Shown here piece by piece: positions 7,686-17,425 of a stretch of DNA of 64,000 bases; within the stretch, counting starts at the first letter, position 1, and each line of letters starts with the position of its first letter. A model generated the notes under the pieces. It ran no database searches, was not told the DNA's origin, and saw nothing but the letters and a program-made list of their open reading frames with translations. A program made the translations under genes and the position numbers. The stretch is from an uncultured virus (IMG/VR IMGVR_UViG_3300023174_000146) (Duplodnaviria > Heunggongvirae > Uroviricota > Caudoviricetes): IMG/VR virus record IMGVR_UViG_3300023174_000146; one strand, written 5' to 3'.

Positions 7686-9263
7686 TTATCTGAAGATTAG
7701 TTCTACAGAGCCAACAATCACGTTATCTGTTGTAGAACCCGAAACTCTCACCTCATAAATTGAATTTGAAGTGTTATCAAAATTTGTAATACCACTCAGT
7801 AGATTAGATGAAGTGATAAACGTTGGAGATGAACTTGTGACTGTGAAGTAAGAACTCACAGTTGGTGTATTTATCAAATCTACATAACTTCCTGAAGTCA
7901 AGTTGTATATTTGCAGGCTTCCTGTTAGATTTGCTGTGCCGACTGTAGCTATTATTGCTCTTACTTCAATAAAGGAAAGACCAGTATAGTCTGATGGTAT
8001 CCATGCAAATTGGCTGGTCATGATAGGAGAAGTGCTCCCAACAATCTCTTTTCCTGATAGGTGTTGTTTTCCGGTTGCGCTACTGGCGCTTCCGCTTATA
8101 GCTATTTCACCTTTGGATCCTGTTGTTAACGTGATATTTGGTCCAGCAAGAAGATAAGGGGTTCCATCTGTCAATCTTGTCAACGAACCAGAAAAACCAG
8201 TTGTTGCGGTGATTGTGGATGAACCATTAATTGAACCGGTGACTTGAAGTCCATTAGATGTAAATCTTCCAACCGAAACTTGGTTTACATTAAAATTAAT
8301 TTTTCTACTGGCGCCGGCAGAATATATGTTGACACCATCAACGTAACCAAAACCTCCAGGATCATTTTCTATGCCGTATATGCCGCCAAGATAAGTTCCA
8401 TTCTGATCAAGTGACAAGGCAGCAAAATTGTATTGTCCTGCCACACTTCTAATAACTGGACCATACGTTTGACCTGACACTAAATCAATAATCACAGGAG
8501 TGTCATTGTATGGCGCACTTATACCTGGAACTATTCCGGCAACCTGCAAACCTCCAGCCGCAACTTTAACTCCATTGGATACGTTTACGGATCCTGTAAC
8601 TTGAAGACCATTTGCATCAAATGTTGCAATGTTTGTAGCTGCTGACGCATTTCTAATACCAATTCTTGGGTATGAACTATAAAAAGATAGATTAAGACCC
8701 GGTATGTATCCACTTGAAGGAGCCTTGGTCCAGCCTCCAATTCCTCCTGCAAATCCAGATGCCACAGTAGCGCCCTGAACGAAGGACAAAAAGGGCACAC
8801 CGTTACCAGTTCCGGAATTCTTGATAACAAGACCGTAGCTATTACCAGAAGTATCAGTATCCTCAAATTGTTGACCTACAATGGTTCCACCGTCTACAGT
8901 AGTTCCACCATATGTTACAACGCCGCCATTAACGTTTAAGTTTCCATTAACAAGAAGTCCATTAGAAGCTGTCACACTTCCAGAGATATAAACAACATCA
9001 GATGCAGCATCACCAAGAATAACGCTTCCACTAACAACTATAGAACCGGTTGTAAAAATTTGATTATTAATATCTGATTGCCAATATTTCTGTGGATTTG
9101 AAGCAGATGACGCTTGATTCCATGCGTCCGTGCTCACATCATAGTAAATAAAGTTTTGTGTGTTGAGATCATAGCCAGTAAAGCTGGCTGTCGATGGCAG
9201 CACATTGTTTTTGTTTGGGCCGGGACCATCAATATAAAGTGCTTTTTTCTCGTTTATTGACAT
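7686..9263 (-). CDS. Fibre-like virion protein
   Basis: Gly/Ser/Thr-rich beta repeats, shared SGSLTRL module. Confidence 0.7.
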   Translation of the reverse strand: MSINEKKALYIDGPGPNKNNVLPSTASFTGYDLNTQNFIYYDVSTDAWNQASSASNPQKYWQSDINNQIFTTGSIVVSGSVILGDAASDVVYISGSVTASNGLLVNGNLNVNGGVVTYGGTTVDGGTIVGQQFEDTDTSGNSYGLVIKNSGTGNGVPFLSFVQGATVASGFAGGIGGWTKAPSSGYIPGLNLSFYSSYPRIGIRNASAATNIATFDANGLQVTGSVNVSNGVKVAAGGLQVAGIVPGISAPYNDTPVIIDLVSGQTYGPVIRSVAGQYNFAALSLDQNGTYLGGIYGIENDPGGFGYVDGVNIYSAGASRKINFNVNQVSVGRFTSNGLQVTGSINGSSTITATTGFSGSLTRLTDGTPYLLAGPNITLTTGSKGEIAISGSASSATGKQHLSGKEIVGSTSPIMTSQFAWIPSDYTGLSFIEVRAIIATVGTANLTGSLQIYNLTSGSYVDLINTPTVSSYFTVTSSSPTFITSSNLLSGITNFDNTSNSIYEVRVSGSTTDNVIVGSVELIFR

Positions 9264-9282
9264 GTTGTATTACTCGCTGCTA

Positions 9283-9289
9283 TAAATAT
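9283..9289 (-). promoter_or_regulatory. Class II (late-type) promoter motif ATATTTA inside inverted repeat 9266-9302
   Basis: Recurring motif upstream of structural genes; arms TGTATTA/TAATACA. Confidence 0.6.
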
Positions 9290-9331
9290 TGGCCCTAATA
9301 CACTTAGATAGAAATAACGTATCGATAAGTA

Positions 9332-9367
9332 TCAAGGCACGGATTCCGTTAGAAATCCGTGCCTTGA
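9332..9367 (-). terminator. Hairpin, probable terminator
   Basis: Perfect 14-bp inverted repeat TCAAGGCACGGATT/AATCCGTGCCTTGA just downstream of 9390-11843; weak U-tract. Confidence 0.65.
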
Positions 9368-9389
9368 AATTAGAAAGAGCGTTCTAGGA

Positions 9390-11843
9390 TCAGGTTATCA
9401 CACCGTAACCAAATCCGATCGACATCTCCTTTGTTCTCTGAACATGCCATTGAACTATGACACCAGTGGGTCCGAGCGTTCCTGTGACAGTCACATCACA
9501 GTTGTCGTTGAAATTCACGTCCCAGTTTTGTGCATATGGTCCTATTGCATCACGAGTAATTTCAGTTGCTGCAATAACTGTCTGAACTCCTGTGCTGTAA
9601 GCTATTTTTGAAGTCACTGCGTAGTTTGCAGTAAAATAGTTCTTTGATGAGTCTGTGTTTGACTGACCGCCTGCGACAATGCTTATGTGGTGATGAAGCA
9701 CGTGGTCATCATCTGCTGCTGGATTCCAAACACCGAAAGAAGCGCTCAAAATGCTTCCACTCACAACTACAGATACATTACCTCCGACATAAGCGGGATC
9801 TGATGTACTTGCTGTACCTGTGATGGGCGTCATGTCTAGACCGCCAACACGAAGCTTATTACGTCCTCCCTGACGAATTGTGCCTACAGCAGAGCCCTGT
9901 CCTACGATGTCAGCAGAGCCTGTGGTCTGTATGACATTTAGATTCGTCTCAGACCAGTAGTTTGGTCCTACTGTGTCTGTTGCTACGATTGTAATTGCGC
10001 CGTTAGATGCAGATGTGATCGTAACGTTAGCGCCTGCGATGAGGTAGGAGGAACCGTCAGCGAGCTGCGTGAGTGAACCAGAGAATCCTAGAGAAGCTGT
10101 GACAAATCCACCAACAGTAAGATTGGAGGAAATACCCACAGATCCCGTTGACTCAATCTCATTTAGGCCTGTCTCGGACCAGTAGTTTGGTCCTACTGTG
10201 TCTGTTGCTGAGATTGTCACCTGACCGTTTGAAGCGGATGTGACTGTGACATTTGTGCCAGCAACAAGATAAGAACTACCGTTTATTAAGTTCGTTAATG
10301 AGCCAGAGAACCCAAGAGATGCAGTAACAAATCCACCCACAGTAAGATTGCTGGTTACGCCTACAGATCCTGTGGTCTCAATTGCATTAAGTCCATTCTC
10401 GGTCCAGTAGTTTGGTCCAACTGTGTCTGTTGCTGCGATTGTGATCGCTCCGTTGGATGCGGATGTGATCGTAACGTTAGCGCCTGCGATAAGATACGAT
10501 GAACCGTCTGTTAGATGTGTGAGAGAACCAGAAAGTCCACCAAGAAATTCCGAGCTTCCTGTTACTGCGAGTGTTCCTCCCACCTCGAGGTTCTGTGTAA
10601 TAGCGAGAAGATCAGCAACTGTCGCTGTTCCTGCAACGTTGAGATTACCAGACATAACAACATCACCGCCGAAGGCTGCAACTCCTGCATATCCTACACC
10701 GGCTATGTTTCCTGATACAAAGAAGAAGACATCAGTACCGTAGTCCGCAGCCTCGTTCTTCGTCGCAAAGTCATTTCCAACAAGTGCTACAGATCCAGTT
10801 GTGAATATTGATCCTGAAGACGCGGAATCCCAGTAATTTATTGCTGCTGCTGCGCCAGTCGATTCAATTGTCACCTGCCCATTTGAAGCTGATGTGATTA
10901 TTATGTTTGGACCAGCGACTAGATATGAAGTTCCATTTGCTAATCTTTGAAGAGAACCAGATAGTCCAGCATTGAATGTAGTATCTGCTCCAACATACAT
11001 TCCATTAGAAGCAGATACGAATATCTTATCTGTGGCATCAAGAGTAATGTCTCCAGCAGATGTTATTCCTAATGTGTCGGCAACGCCACCGGCACTTACT
11101 GTATATGCAATGGTATTTGCATCTAACGTAAGAACTGGGCGTTCTGTACCATATTGATAATTTTCACGTATAACAACTGTGCCAGACGAAATTGTGATAT
11201 CATCTGAAATGGTTGAAAAATTATTATTTGATATTGAGATTGATTTGTCATCACTCTTGTTGATATCAATGTTAGTATTTACATCCGAAGTTGCAACAGT
11301 GATTGACGCTCCAGGGATGCCTAGATTTCCTACGGTAATACCACCAGAAACGAATAGACCACCGCCCTCGCCGTCACCAATTCTCATACCACCAGAGACA
11401 ACCAAATCACCGCCAAATGCAGCAACATCAATTCCAGATGGATTAAAGCCTCGCAGTGTTCCTGATACGAAGAAGAATAGATCAGTTCCATAATCAGATG
11501 CCGCATCCGTCCCGCTGCCGTCATTGCTTCTAATAAGCACAGAACCGGTTGTAAAGATAGCTGCTGCGGTTGTAGAACTCCAGTATTCTGGTGAAGCTGC
11601 TCCTGCGCCAGTCGATTCAATTGTCACCTGCCCATTTGAAGCAGACGTGATTATTATATTTGGACCTGCAGCTAGATAAGAGCTGCCGTCTACAAGACGT
11701 GTCAGTGAGCCAGACAACCCAGCGTTGAATGTCGCAACTCCTCCAACGCCGAGTGTGCCTGTTATGTGGGCCTTCTCAGCGTCCAGCTGACTGTGATTAG
11801 ATCCAGTCAGATTGAGGTGTGTAAACCTCTTTTTAATTGCCAT
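9390..11843 (-). CDS. Long repetitive fibre-like virion protein
   Basis: Five copies of the SGSL..L..G.SYL.AG.N..ITSASNG..TI module. Confidence 0.75.
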   Translation of the reverse strand: MAIKKRFTHLNLTGSNHSQLDAEKAHITGTLGVGGVATFNAGLSGSLTRLVDGSSYLAAGPNIIITSASNGQVTIESTGAGAASPEYWSSTTAAAIFTTGSVLIRSNDGSGTDAASDYGTDLFFFVSGTLRGFNPSGIDVAAFGGDLVVSGGMRIGDGEGGGLFVSGGITVGNLGIPGASITVATSDVNTNIDINKSDDKSISISNNNFSTISDDITISSGTVVIRENYQYGTERPVLTLDANTIAYTVSAGGVADTLGITSAGDITLDATDKIFVSASNGMYVGADTTFNAGLSGSLQRLANGTSYLVAGPNIIITSASNGQVTIESTGAAAAINYWDSASSGSIFTTGSVALVGNDFATKNEAADYGTDVFFFVSGNIAGVGYAGVAAFGGDVVMSGNLNVAGTATVADLLAITQNLEVGGTLAVTGSSEFLGGLSGSLTHLTDGSSYLIAGANVTITSASNGAITIAATDTVGPNYWTENGLNAIETTGSVGVTSNLTVGGFVTASLGFSGSLTNLINGSSYLVAGTNVTVTSASNGQVTISATDTVGPNYWSETGLNEIESTGSVGISSNLTVGGFVTASLGFSGSLTQLADGSSYLIAGANVTITSASNGAITIVATDTVGPNYWSETNLNVIQTTGSADIVGQGSAVGTIRQGGRNKLRVGGLDMTPITGTASTSDPAYVGGNVSVVVSGSILSASFGVWNPAADDDHVLHHHISIVAGGQSNTDSSKNYFTANYAVTSKIAYSTGVQTVIAATEITRDAIGPYAQNWDVNFNDNCDVTVTGTLGPTGVIVQWHVQRTKEMSIGFGYGVIT
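9954..10545. repeat. Intragenic tandem repeat, 225-nt (75-aa) period
   Basis: CCAGTAGTTTGGTCC.ACTGTGTCTGTTGCT recurs at 9954, 10179 and 10404. Confidence 0.85.
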
Positions 11844-11905
11844 TTCTTTCTCCTGTTATGGAATACAGACTGGACCACACAATTTATTTGTGTAAGGCCC
11901 TCAAG

Positions 11906-11912
11906 TAAGTAT
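11906..11912 (-). promoter_or_regulatory. Class II promoter motif ATACTTA
   Basis: Upstream of fibre gene; flanked by AATTTATTT/AAATAAATT inverted repeat. Confidence 0.5.
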
Positions 11913-11953
11913 GTTATGGAGCATGCAAAATAAATTTGTAAACTAAAGAATAA

Positions 11954-12832
11954 TTATCCTAGCAGCGACCCAGAGTTGACATCTATTACAGTCTGCTTTA
12001 ACACAATTGCACCCCAAGTTGTGTTGCTGAGAGTGCCGCCTGTGTTGGCATACAGAGATCCAAAGCTGTTGACATCAACATACCACTGTGATGGGTTGTC
12101 GATGGAGCTGCCTCCTGCAAAGCGCTGACCATCTAATTCAGTCACACCTACCATCTCAAAGTTTCCACCACACTTTACCATCGACACAGAGAGCTTCCAC
12201 TTGCCTATAGCCAATTGGGTCATATTGGTGATGCCTTCAGTCGAGGCCACAACATCAATATTGAAGCTGCCGTACTGATTATTTGAGAGTGTTCCAGAGA
12301 GATCTAGAATCACAACATCTGAAGTGGTGCTGCCTGCAATAGTTTGACTTCCGCTATAGGGAGTCAAATTCATGCCATTGACTCTCAGACTCTTATTTGT
12401 TCCGTAGTCACCTATTCTGACTGATCCTGTGGTGAAAATAGAGTCTGATACACTTGACTGCCAAAATATCTCGCCCGCGGCGCCGCCGCCTGTTGCACTA
12501 ATTGTCACTGCACCGTTCGATGATGATGCTATTGTGATATTTGATCCAGCAATAAGATAAGAAGTGCCGTCAGACAACTTTGTGAGAGATCCTGAGAGAC
12601 CGCTCGTAAATCGTGCAGAGTCTGTGACAGAGAATGTGCCTGTTACCTCTACACTTCCTGAAACAATGGCATCACTTCTCAATATCACTTTCACATCAGG
12701 CGCTACACTACCCACTGATGAAAGCTGTGGTGCACGCACAACTGCTATGTTTGTGACACCTCCAGGCTCCGTGTCTGTGTCATTCCAGTACACAAAGCCT
12801 GATCCATTCCATCCCCTGTAGACTATTGCCAT
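11954..12832 (-). CDS. Fibre-like virion protein, paralogue of 6900-7661
   Basis: Shared N-terminus YRG....F.YW....T.PGGVT.I and SGSLT module. Confidence 0.7.
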   Translation of the reverse strand: MAIVYRGWNGSGFVYWNDTDTEPGGVTNIAVVRAPQLSSVGSVAPDVKVILRSDAIVSGSVEVTGTFSVTDSARFTSGLSGSLTKLSDGTSYLIAGSNITIASSSNGAVTISATGGGAAGEIFWQSSVSDSIFTTGSVRIGDYGTNKSLRVNGMNLTPYSGSQTIAGSTTSDVVILDLSGTLSNNQYGSFNIDVVASTEGITNMTQLAIGKWKLSVSMVKCGGNFEMVGVTELDGQRFAGGSSIDNPSQWYVDVNSFGSLYANTGGTLSNTTWGAIVLKQTVIDVNSGSLLG

Positions 12833-12864
12833 TCTAATTTACCCCAAAATGAATCAGCTTGCTA

Positions 12865-12871
12865 TAACTAT
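12865..12871 (-). promoter_or_regulatory. Class II promoter motif ATAGTTA
   Basis: Upstream of the fibre cluster. Confidence 0.5.
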
Positions 12872-12912
12872 GCGCGTAAAATCCTACAGCATCTTATTCA
12901 TTAATTTGTAAG

Positions 12913-13233
12913 TCAATAGTCATCATCTTCGTGGTAATTATGAATAATATCTAGCATGTCTGGAAATAGAAGAAGCTGTCTATCACCGATGTGAACAAGA
13001 ATTCTAATCACACCCATGCTGTCATCAACACCTATGACTAGGCCTGACTTTCCAATGACATCTGTGTGCATCATAATTCCAACACTATTGTCAGTTATTA
13101 TTCTAACGAGCTCACCTATTTTTGGAATGTCGGCACGCAGGGTTTGCTCGACTTCTTCAGATGACGGCTTAATGGGCCATGTGCTTTTTGGTAGCAACTG
13201 CTTCTCCTGTTGCATCACATTTCTGCAATGCAT
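12913..13233 (-). CDS. KOW-like protein
   Basis: PKIGELVRII...GKSGLVIGV. Confidence 0.6.
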   Translation of the reverse strand: MHCRNVMQQEKQLLPKSTWPIKPSSEEVEQTLRADIPKIGELVRIITDNSVGIMMHTDVIGKSGLVIGVDDSMGVIRILVHIGDRQLLLFPDMLDIIHNYHEDDDY

Positions 13234-13550
13234 GCATGTCTTGACTCATTGCAAGCAGTTACTTCTGGACTGCACTCAGGTGTGCATTGCAACCCTAGAC
13301 ACATCAGACCACGCTCGCGCCATGCTGTGTATTCACAAGTGCACTCTGCGAAGTATCCTGCGGGAGGATCTATGAGATCCTGATCGATCTCAAGACCAGC
13401 AGGTGCATCATATATCAAAGTCTCACTGAGAATAGGGGCTTGAATTTCACTTGTTTCATCCACTCGACTAAGCGCTTCAGAAGTCGAGACGGCATTCACA
13501 TTCACACATCCAAACATCAAAAGAGAGATCAAGAGAGTTATAAATCTCAT
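13215..13550 (-). CDS. Putative Cys-rich lipoprotein
   Basis: MRFITLLISLLMFGC lipobox; Cys-rich C-terminus. Confidence 0.6.
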   Translation of the reverse strand: MRFITLLISLLMFGCVNVNAVSTSEALSRVDETSEIQAPILSETLIYDAPAGLEIDQDLIDPPAGYFAECTCEYTAWRERGLMCLGLQCTPECSPEVTACNESRHACIAEM

Positions 13551-13555
13551 ACACA

Positions 13556-13562
13556 TAAATAT
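13556..13562 (-). promoter_or_regulatory. Class II promoter motif ATATTTA, 5 nt before ATG
   Basis: Recurring motif; no SD between motif and ATG. Confidence 0.55.
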
Positions 13563-13573
13563 GTGACAAGATC

Positions 13574-13849
13574 TTACGAATCTGAGCGTTCTATCCTTAT
13601 TAGAGTGTAGATGTTGGTGTTCAGATTAATGAGGTGGCCACTGTAGAAAACGCAGTTGTGCCACATTTGGGGCAGAGCGTAGAATAGACCTTCTGAGCCA
13701 GGCTCGAGGATGTCAGACTCCTTCTTGAGCTGTTCGTATCCTATACCTTCCTCTCCAGGAACGTGTGTTCGTATATAGATTCCGACGCCCACCTCAATGC
13801 TGTTTTCATTGAGTATCCTGACAAGATCGCCTTCTACGAGAGACATCAT
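13574..13849 (-). CDS. KOW-like protein
   Basis: LVEGDLVRIL. Confidence 0.6.
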   Translation of the reverse strand: MMSLVEGDLVRILNENSIEVGVGIYIRTHVPGEEGIGYEQLKKESDILEPGSEGLFYALPQMWHNCVFYSGHLINLNTNIYTLIRIERSDS

Positions 13850-13856
13850 ATCAACT

Positions 13857-14114
13857 TTATTCTATAAGCTTGAGATCACGCTCGTAGTACTCTTCCTCAA
13901 GAACGTCTCCATTAACTAGGACAGTCACAAGAGTGTATTCTGGATTACACTTGTTTATCTTCATCCCTTCCAGCTCATCACTGTCATTCAATTCCATCAC
14001 AATTCCAACTGCATCAGAATCAACCCAGTCTGACTCACTAGTGCTCCACAGCATTCCGACAAATACAAGATCTCCAACAATTAGCCTTCGACTTATTCTG
14101 CGTTTCTTTGACAT
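13857..14114 (-). CDS. KOW-like protein
   Basis: LIVGDLVFV...VGIVMEL; GGAG SD before 14114. Confidence 0.6.
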   Translation of the reverse strand: MSKKRRISRRLIVGDLVFVGMLWSTSESDWVDSDAVGIVMELNDSDELEGMKINKCNPEYTLVTVLVNGDVLEEEYYERDLKLIE

Positions 14115-14125
14115 TTGAAACTCCA

Positions 14126-14154
14126 AAGAAAAACGGCGCCTCATGGGCGCCGTT
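14126..14154 (-). terminator. Rho-independent terminator
   Basis: AACGGCGCC/GGCGCCGTT stem with T-run on minus strand. Confidence 0.8.
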
Positions 14155-14181
14155 CATCCTCACTGAATTATTAATGAACTA

Positions 14182-14481
14182 TCAGTGCGCTGTGACAGAG
14201 ACAGCAGGTGCCGCTGCGGCAGGAGCAGACTCAGACGAGACAGACGTCGCTGCTGCCGTCGTAGAAGCAGCAGTCTCCACCGTGGCAGTAGTTGATGATA
14301 CAGCGGTCTCAGCAGCAGAGACCTCAGAAGCGGCAGCCGAGACAGCCTCAACAGTTGCGGCGGTCGTGGAAGCAGCAGACTCAGTGGCAGCAACGCTCTC
14401 CACACCTGCATCGGTCTCAGCAGTGGGACCACAACCAATTAGAAGCGCGCTAAGAAGACTAACAACAGCAAACTTGTTCAT
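14182..14481 (-). CDS. Ala/Thr/Ser/Glu-rich lipoprotein
   Basis: MNKFAVVSLLSALLIGC lipobox, low-complexity body. Confidence 0.75.
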   Translation of the reverse strand: MNKFAVVSLLSALLIGCGPTAETDAGVESVAATESAASTTAATVEAVSAAASEVSAAETAVSSTTATVETAASTTAAATSVSSESAPAAAAPAVSVTAH

Positions 14482-14564
14482 ACAAATTACCTTTCTATTA
14501 CTTTTACTAGTTATGCCCTTTAACTTAGGGCTGACACATCATATCCTGATGTGATCAAATGTAT

Positions 14565-14711
14565 TTATTCTTTGGCGACAGCTTTTACTGAATCGTCATG
14601 CACACACCGGTGTGTCTTCGTGTGAATGAAAGCACGCACACGTGGAATCCATGCTGTGACAAAGGGAATGACACTGAGAAGTGCCAAGATCTCCTCGTGA
14701 CAAATATGCAT
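14565..14711 (-). CDS. Small hypothetical protein (48 aa)
   Basis: Manually read MHICHEEILALLSVIPFV...; possible promoter CTGTAC-N17-TAGACT at 14751-14779. Confidence 0.45.
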   Translation of the reverse strand: MHICHEEILALLSVIPFVTAWIPRVRAFIHTKTHRCVHDDSVKAVAKE

Positions 14712-14811
14712 CTCTAGATCCTGATTATGGCCGCGATCTGCGGCCTCATAAGTCTAGATTCAAAGATCTAAATGTACAGGTGAACAGATTTATTTAACAG
14801 CATCCGATTTT

Positions 14812-15162
14812 TCATCGGAGACTAAACGACAAGATTGGTATCTTGACGTTACCCTGTTCCCGTTCAATATAGTACTTGCGGTCTGTATTGAACTTAATCT
14901 CTCCTGAAATGTCAATTTCACTCTTGCTATGAGTGACAATAGCAGTGTCACTACGTTTACCAATTCCAGCAGTTCTAGGAAGGATGGACACATCTTTTCC
15001 GTTTATTGTGACGGGAGTTGCTTCAGCGCTCGACGTTCCTAAAAACATCTCAATAGACTTCTTAACTGTTTCAGGATCCTGTTGGATTGTGCTAATACCG
15101 TCATACATCTCTGTGATTGCCTGCCTAATCACGCGTCTAAGATTTGATTCGCTTATTCTCAT
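14812..15162 (-). CDS. Hypothetical protein with shared N-terminal leader
   Basis: MRISESNLRRVIRQAITE. Confidence 0.7.
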   Translation of the reverse strand: MRISESNLRRVIRQAITEMYDGISTIQQDPETVKKSIEMFLGTSSAEATPVTINGKDVSILPRTAGIGKRSDTAIVTHSKSEIDISGEIKFNTDRKYYIEREQGNVKIPILSFSLR

Positions 15163-15185
15163 TTGATTTCCTAGATGAATTTATA

Positions 15186-16145
15186 TCAAAGCCCAGATGG
15201 GACGGGATTGTCACCTAGGGCTGACTTAAAGTCATCGATGACTTTTGAGCGGAGTGAGGGATACTTGAACTTCTTTCCCATCACTAGATCCATGAGCTTC
15301 TCGTAGGAGTTCATGTCTTCCCAAGATGCCGTGCCGTTCAGGAAGTACTGGGCCAGCTCGTTCGCATCTGAGACGATGTGCTCCTCGAGGGTGACCTTCG
15401 TGGGATTCTTTACAGGCTTGCCGGTCTTACCAAGCTTCTCCTCGTAGTAGAGGCGCTCGATCATTCCCTTTCGGAAATTCACGAGAAATCGCTTCTTTAC
15501 TTCAACACCTGGGAGCTTTTTACTATACGTGCGTATCTCCTCGGGTGTTGGCTCGACTGGAATGTTATTAAAAATAGAAGCAAGCAGCACGTTCCTGTAG
15601 ACTGCCTTGTACTTGCTTTCCAACGGCGAACCTGAAGATGTACTGCTCATCCATCCCAGATGACCCACGAAGACATCGATTTGAATCATACCCTTTGTTC
15701 CAAGGTCGACCCCTTCTCGATCAACAGCGTTCATCTGCGATCTCTTGTCGTCGATGAGAGGCGCAAGGAGGTGTACTTGACTCAGCCCAGGAATTATCTT
15801 ATGGCCAGGAGATCCTGTGCCCTTCACGTAGGCATCGAGTGCAGCCCAGACCTGCTTCATGTCTGCAGTCTTATCGATGCCGATAATCTCTCGGAGCGCA
15901 TCCTCATCGACAGCAACATCGATGTCGCCGAAGTAGGGCTTATTCTTGCTGCCTACAATCTCGTACTTCATGTCACCGAGGCCAGCAATCTTTAGCGCGT
16001 TCTCGATGTTTGTCTCAAGGAATGCCTTGGGAACCGCTGAATTGACCTCCTCAGGGAAAGCATTTCCACCCTCAGATAAAATTCTTAAGTTGTGCCTGAT
16101 CGATTCACGAATGAGGCGTCTAAGTGTTTTTCCATCGATCTTCAT
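15186..16145 (-). CDS. Pol-beta-superfamily nucleotidyltransferase with shared leader
   Basis: VGS......GDIDVAVD and QIDVF motifs. Confidence 0.65.
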   Translation of the reverse strand: MKIDGKTLRRLIRESIRHNLRILSEGGNAFPEEVNSAVPKAFLETNIENALKIAGLGDMKYEIVGSKNKPYFGDIDVAVDEDALREIIGIDKTADMKQVWAALDAYVKGTGSPGHKIIPGLSQVHLLAPLIDDKRSQMNAVDREGVDLGTKGMIQIDVFVGHLGWMSSTSSGSPLESKYKAVYRNVLLASIFNNIPVEPTPEEIRTYSKKLPGVEVKKRFLVNFRKGMIERLYYEEKLGKTGKPVKNPTKVTLEEHIVSDANELAQYFLNGTASWEDMNSYEKLMDLVMGKKFKYPSLRSKVIDDFKSALGDNPVPSGL

Positions 16146-16169
16146 TTTATCTCCACGAGATTTTAGCTT

Positions 16170-16176
16170 TAATTAT
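16170..16176 (-). promoter_or_regulatory. Class II promoter motif ATAATTA
   Basis: Upstream of leader-bearing genes. Confidence 0.45.
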
Positions 16177-16189
16177 GGTACACGGAAGT

Positions 16190-16408
16190 CTATAGGACCT
16201 CAAGTCTGATATTTCTAGCGCTGCTGTGAATAGTGTGACGCATGCCTTCAATTAGAACTTCGTACACAGACTCATCGTGTGAGACCCAAGACGGATTAAG
16301 AGATACACTCACGTTGGTGACAACACCCATCTTTCCGCTGAGTGTGCTCTCGGATGCGCCCACAACCTGGACGAGATCTCCAATCTTTATCTTTTTAGAT
16401 TTCCCCAA
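16190..16408 (-). CDS. KOW-like protein
   Basis: IKIGDLVQV...GKMGVVTNV. Confidence 0.65.
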   Translation of the reverse strand: MGKSKKIKIGDLVQVVGASESTLSGKMGVVTNVSVSLNPSWVSHDESVYEVLIEGMRHTIHSSARNIRLEVL

Positions 16409-16647
16409 AAATCCTCCGATGTGTCAGTGATTCTACGCACAATCTTAGTGTACTCAGCCTCGCCTATCTTTAAGATCTCACCTTCAACTAGTGTGTAGTA
16501 GAAGAAACTTTCACCCCAGTAATTGGACTTTTCTTTTTTCACATCGACCACAATTCCTGCAGTTAGACGTGGTTTTTCCTGACCGACGAATCGCTGCTCT
16601 ACGAGCACAAGGTCCTGTACTTTCCACAACGCAGAGCATAGAGACAT
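16387..16647 (-). CDS. KOW-like protein
   Basis: WKVQDLVLV...GIVVDV. Confidence 0.6.
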   Translation of the reverse strand: MSLCSALWKVQDLVLVEQRFVGQEKPRLTAGIVVDVKKEKSNYWGESFFYYTLVEGEILKIGEAEYTKIVRRITDTSEDFWGNLKR

Positions 16648-16659
16648 ATTAGAAAAAAA

Positions 16660-16818
16660 TCATTCCTCTTCTGGGTCACCCCACACAGAAATGATAGTCA
16701 TACCTAGCTCATCTACTGGCGGAAAATCTGACTTTGTTGGGATGGCAACAATCACCTTTCGAAGTGCAATAGTACCATCGGGCTGAACTTCCTCGACCGT
16801 CTGCTCAACGTATCTCAT
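16660..16818 (-). CDS. Small hypothetical protein (52 aa)
   Basis: Manually read ORF with AGGAGG SD. Confidence 0.5.
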   Translation of the reverse strand: MRYVEQTVEEVQPDGTIALRKVIVAIPTKSDFPPVDELGMTIISVWGDPEEE

Positions 16819-16838
16819 ATGAAGCCTCCTACTACTAA

Positions 16839-17168
16839 TTATATTTTTGCGCTTCGCTTATTAGTGATAAGCCGACTCACAACACGAACAGCACTGTGAG
16901 ATGTGTAAGTGAAATCACCCGATGCCCACGAGATGAGTGCCTCCGGAATGTAGCACCACTTGGTGTGATCCATCTCAGTGCCGCGTGTGTTCCAGTCGTT
17001 GAGAACCCAATGAGTCTGAACGACAAGTCCTGCGCCCCACCTGTCTGACTCATTGCGCTTCCAGATAACAAGATCACCGGGTGTGAGAGTTACGGAGATG
17101 CTTCCGTCAATCCTCAGCGGAGGTGTCTCGGAAATAGGAAGTCTTCGAGGATAGTCCCAGGGATTCAT
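16839..17168 (-). CDS. KOW-like protein
   Basis: LTPGDLVIW...GLVV. Confidence 0.6.
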   Translation of the reverse strand: MNPWDYPRRLPISETPPLRIDGSISVTLTPGDLVIWKRNESDRWGAGLVVQTHWVLNDWNTRGTEMDHTKWCYIPEALISWASGDFTYTSHSAVRVVSRLITNKRSAKI

Positions 17169-17170
17169 GT

Positions 17171-17425
17171 TTACTCAGGCCTACTAAATACCTTTAAGTC
17201 ACCGCCCCACTCAATTGTTATCTCGCCAGAGTCAAGCCACATGACACAGTGATCAGTCCAACTAGTGTCATTCTGCATGGGATATCGAACATCGACCACA
17301 AGACCAAGTCCTGTAGTAGTGCTCTCTCCATTTAAACACCTCATCTGCAGAAGCAGCTTTCCCTCTCTTGACTTTGGAAATATGAGATCACCGACTTGAG
17401 GACACATCTTCGCACCAGATATCAC
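17171..17425 (-). CDS. KOW-like protein
   Basis: PQVGDLIF...GLVVDV. Confidence 0.6.
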   Translation of the reverse strand: MISGAKMCPQVGDLIFPKSREGKLLLQMRCLNGESTTTGLGLVVDVRYPMQNDTSWTDHCVMWLDSGEITIEWGGDLKVFSRPE

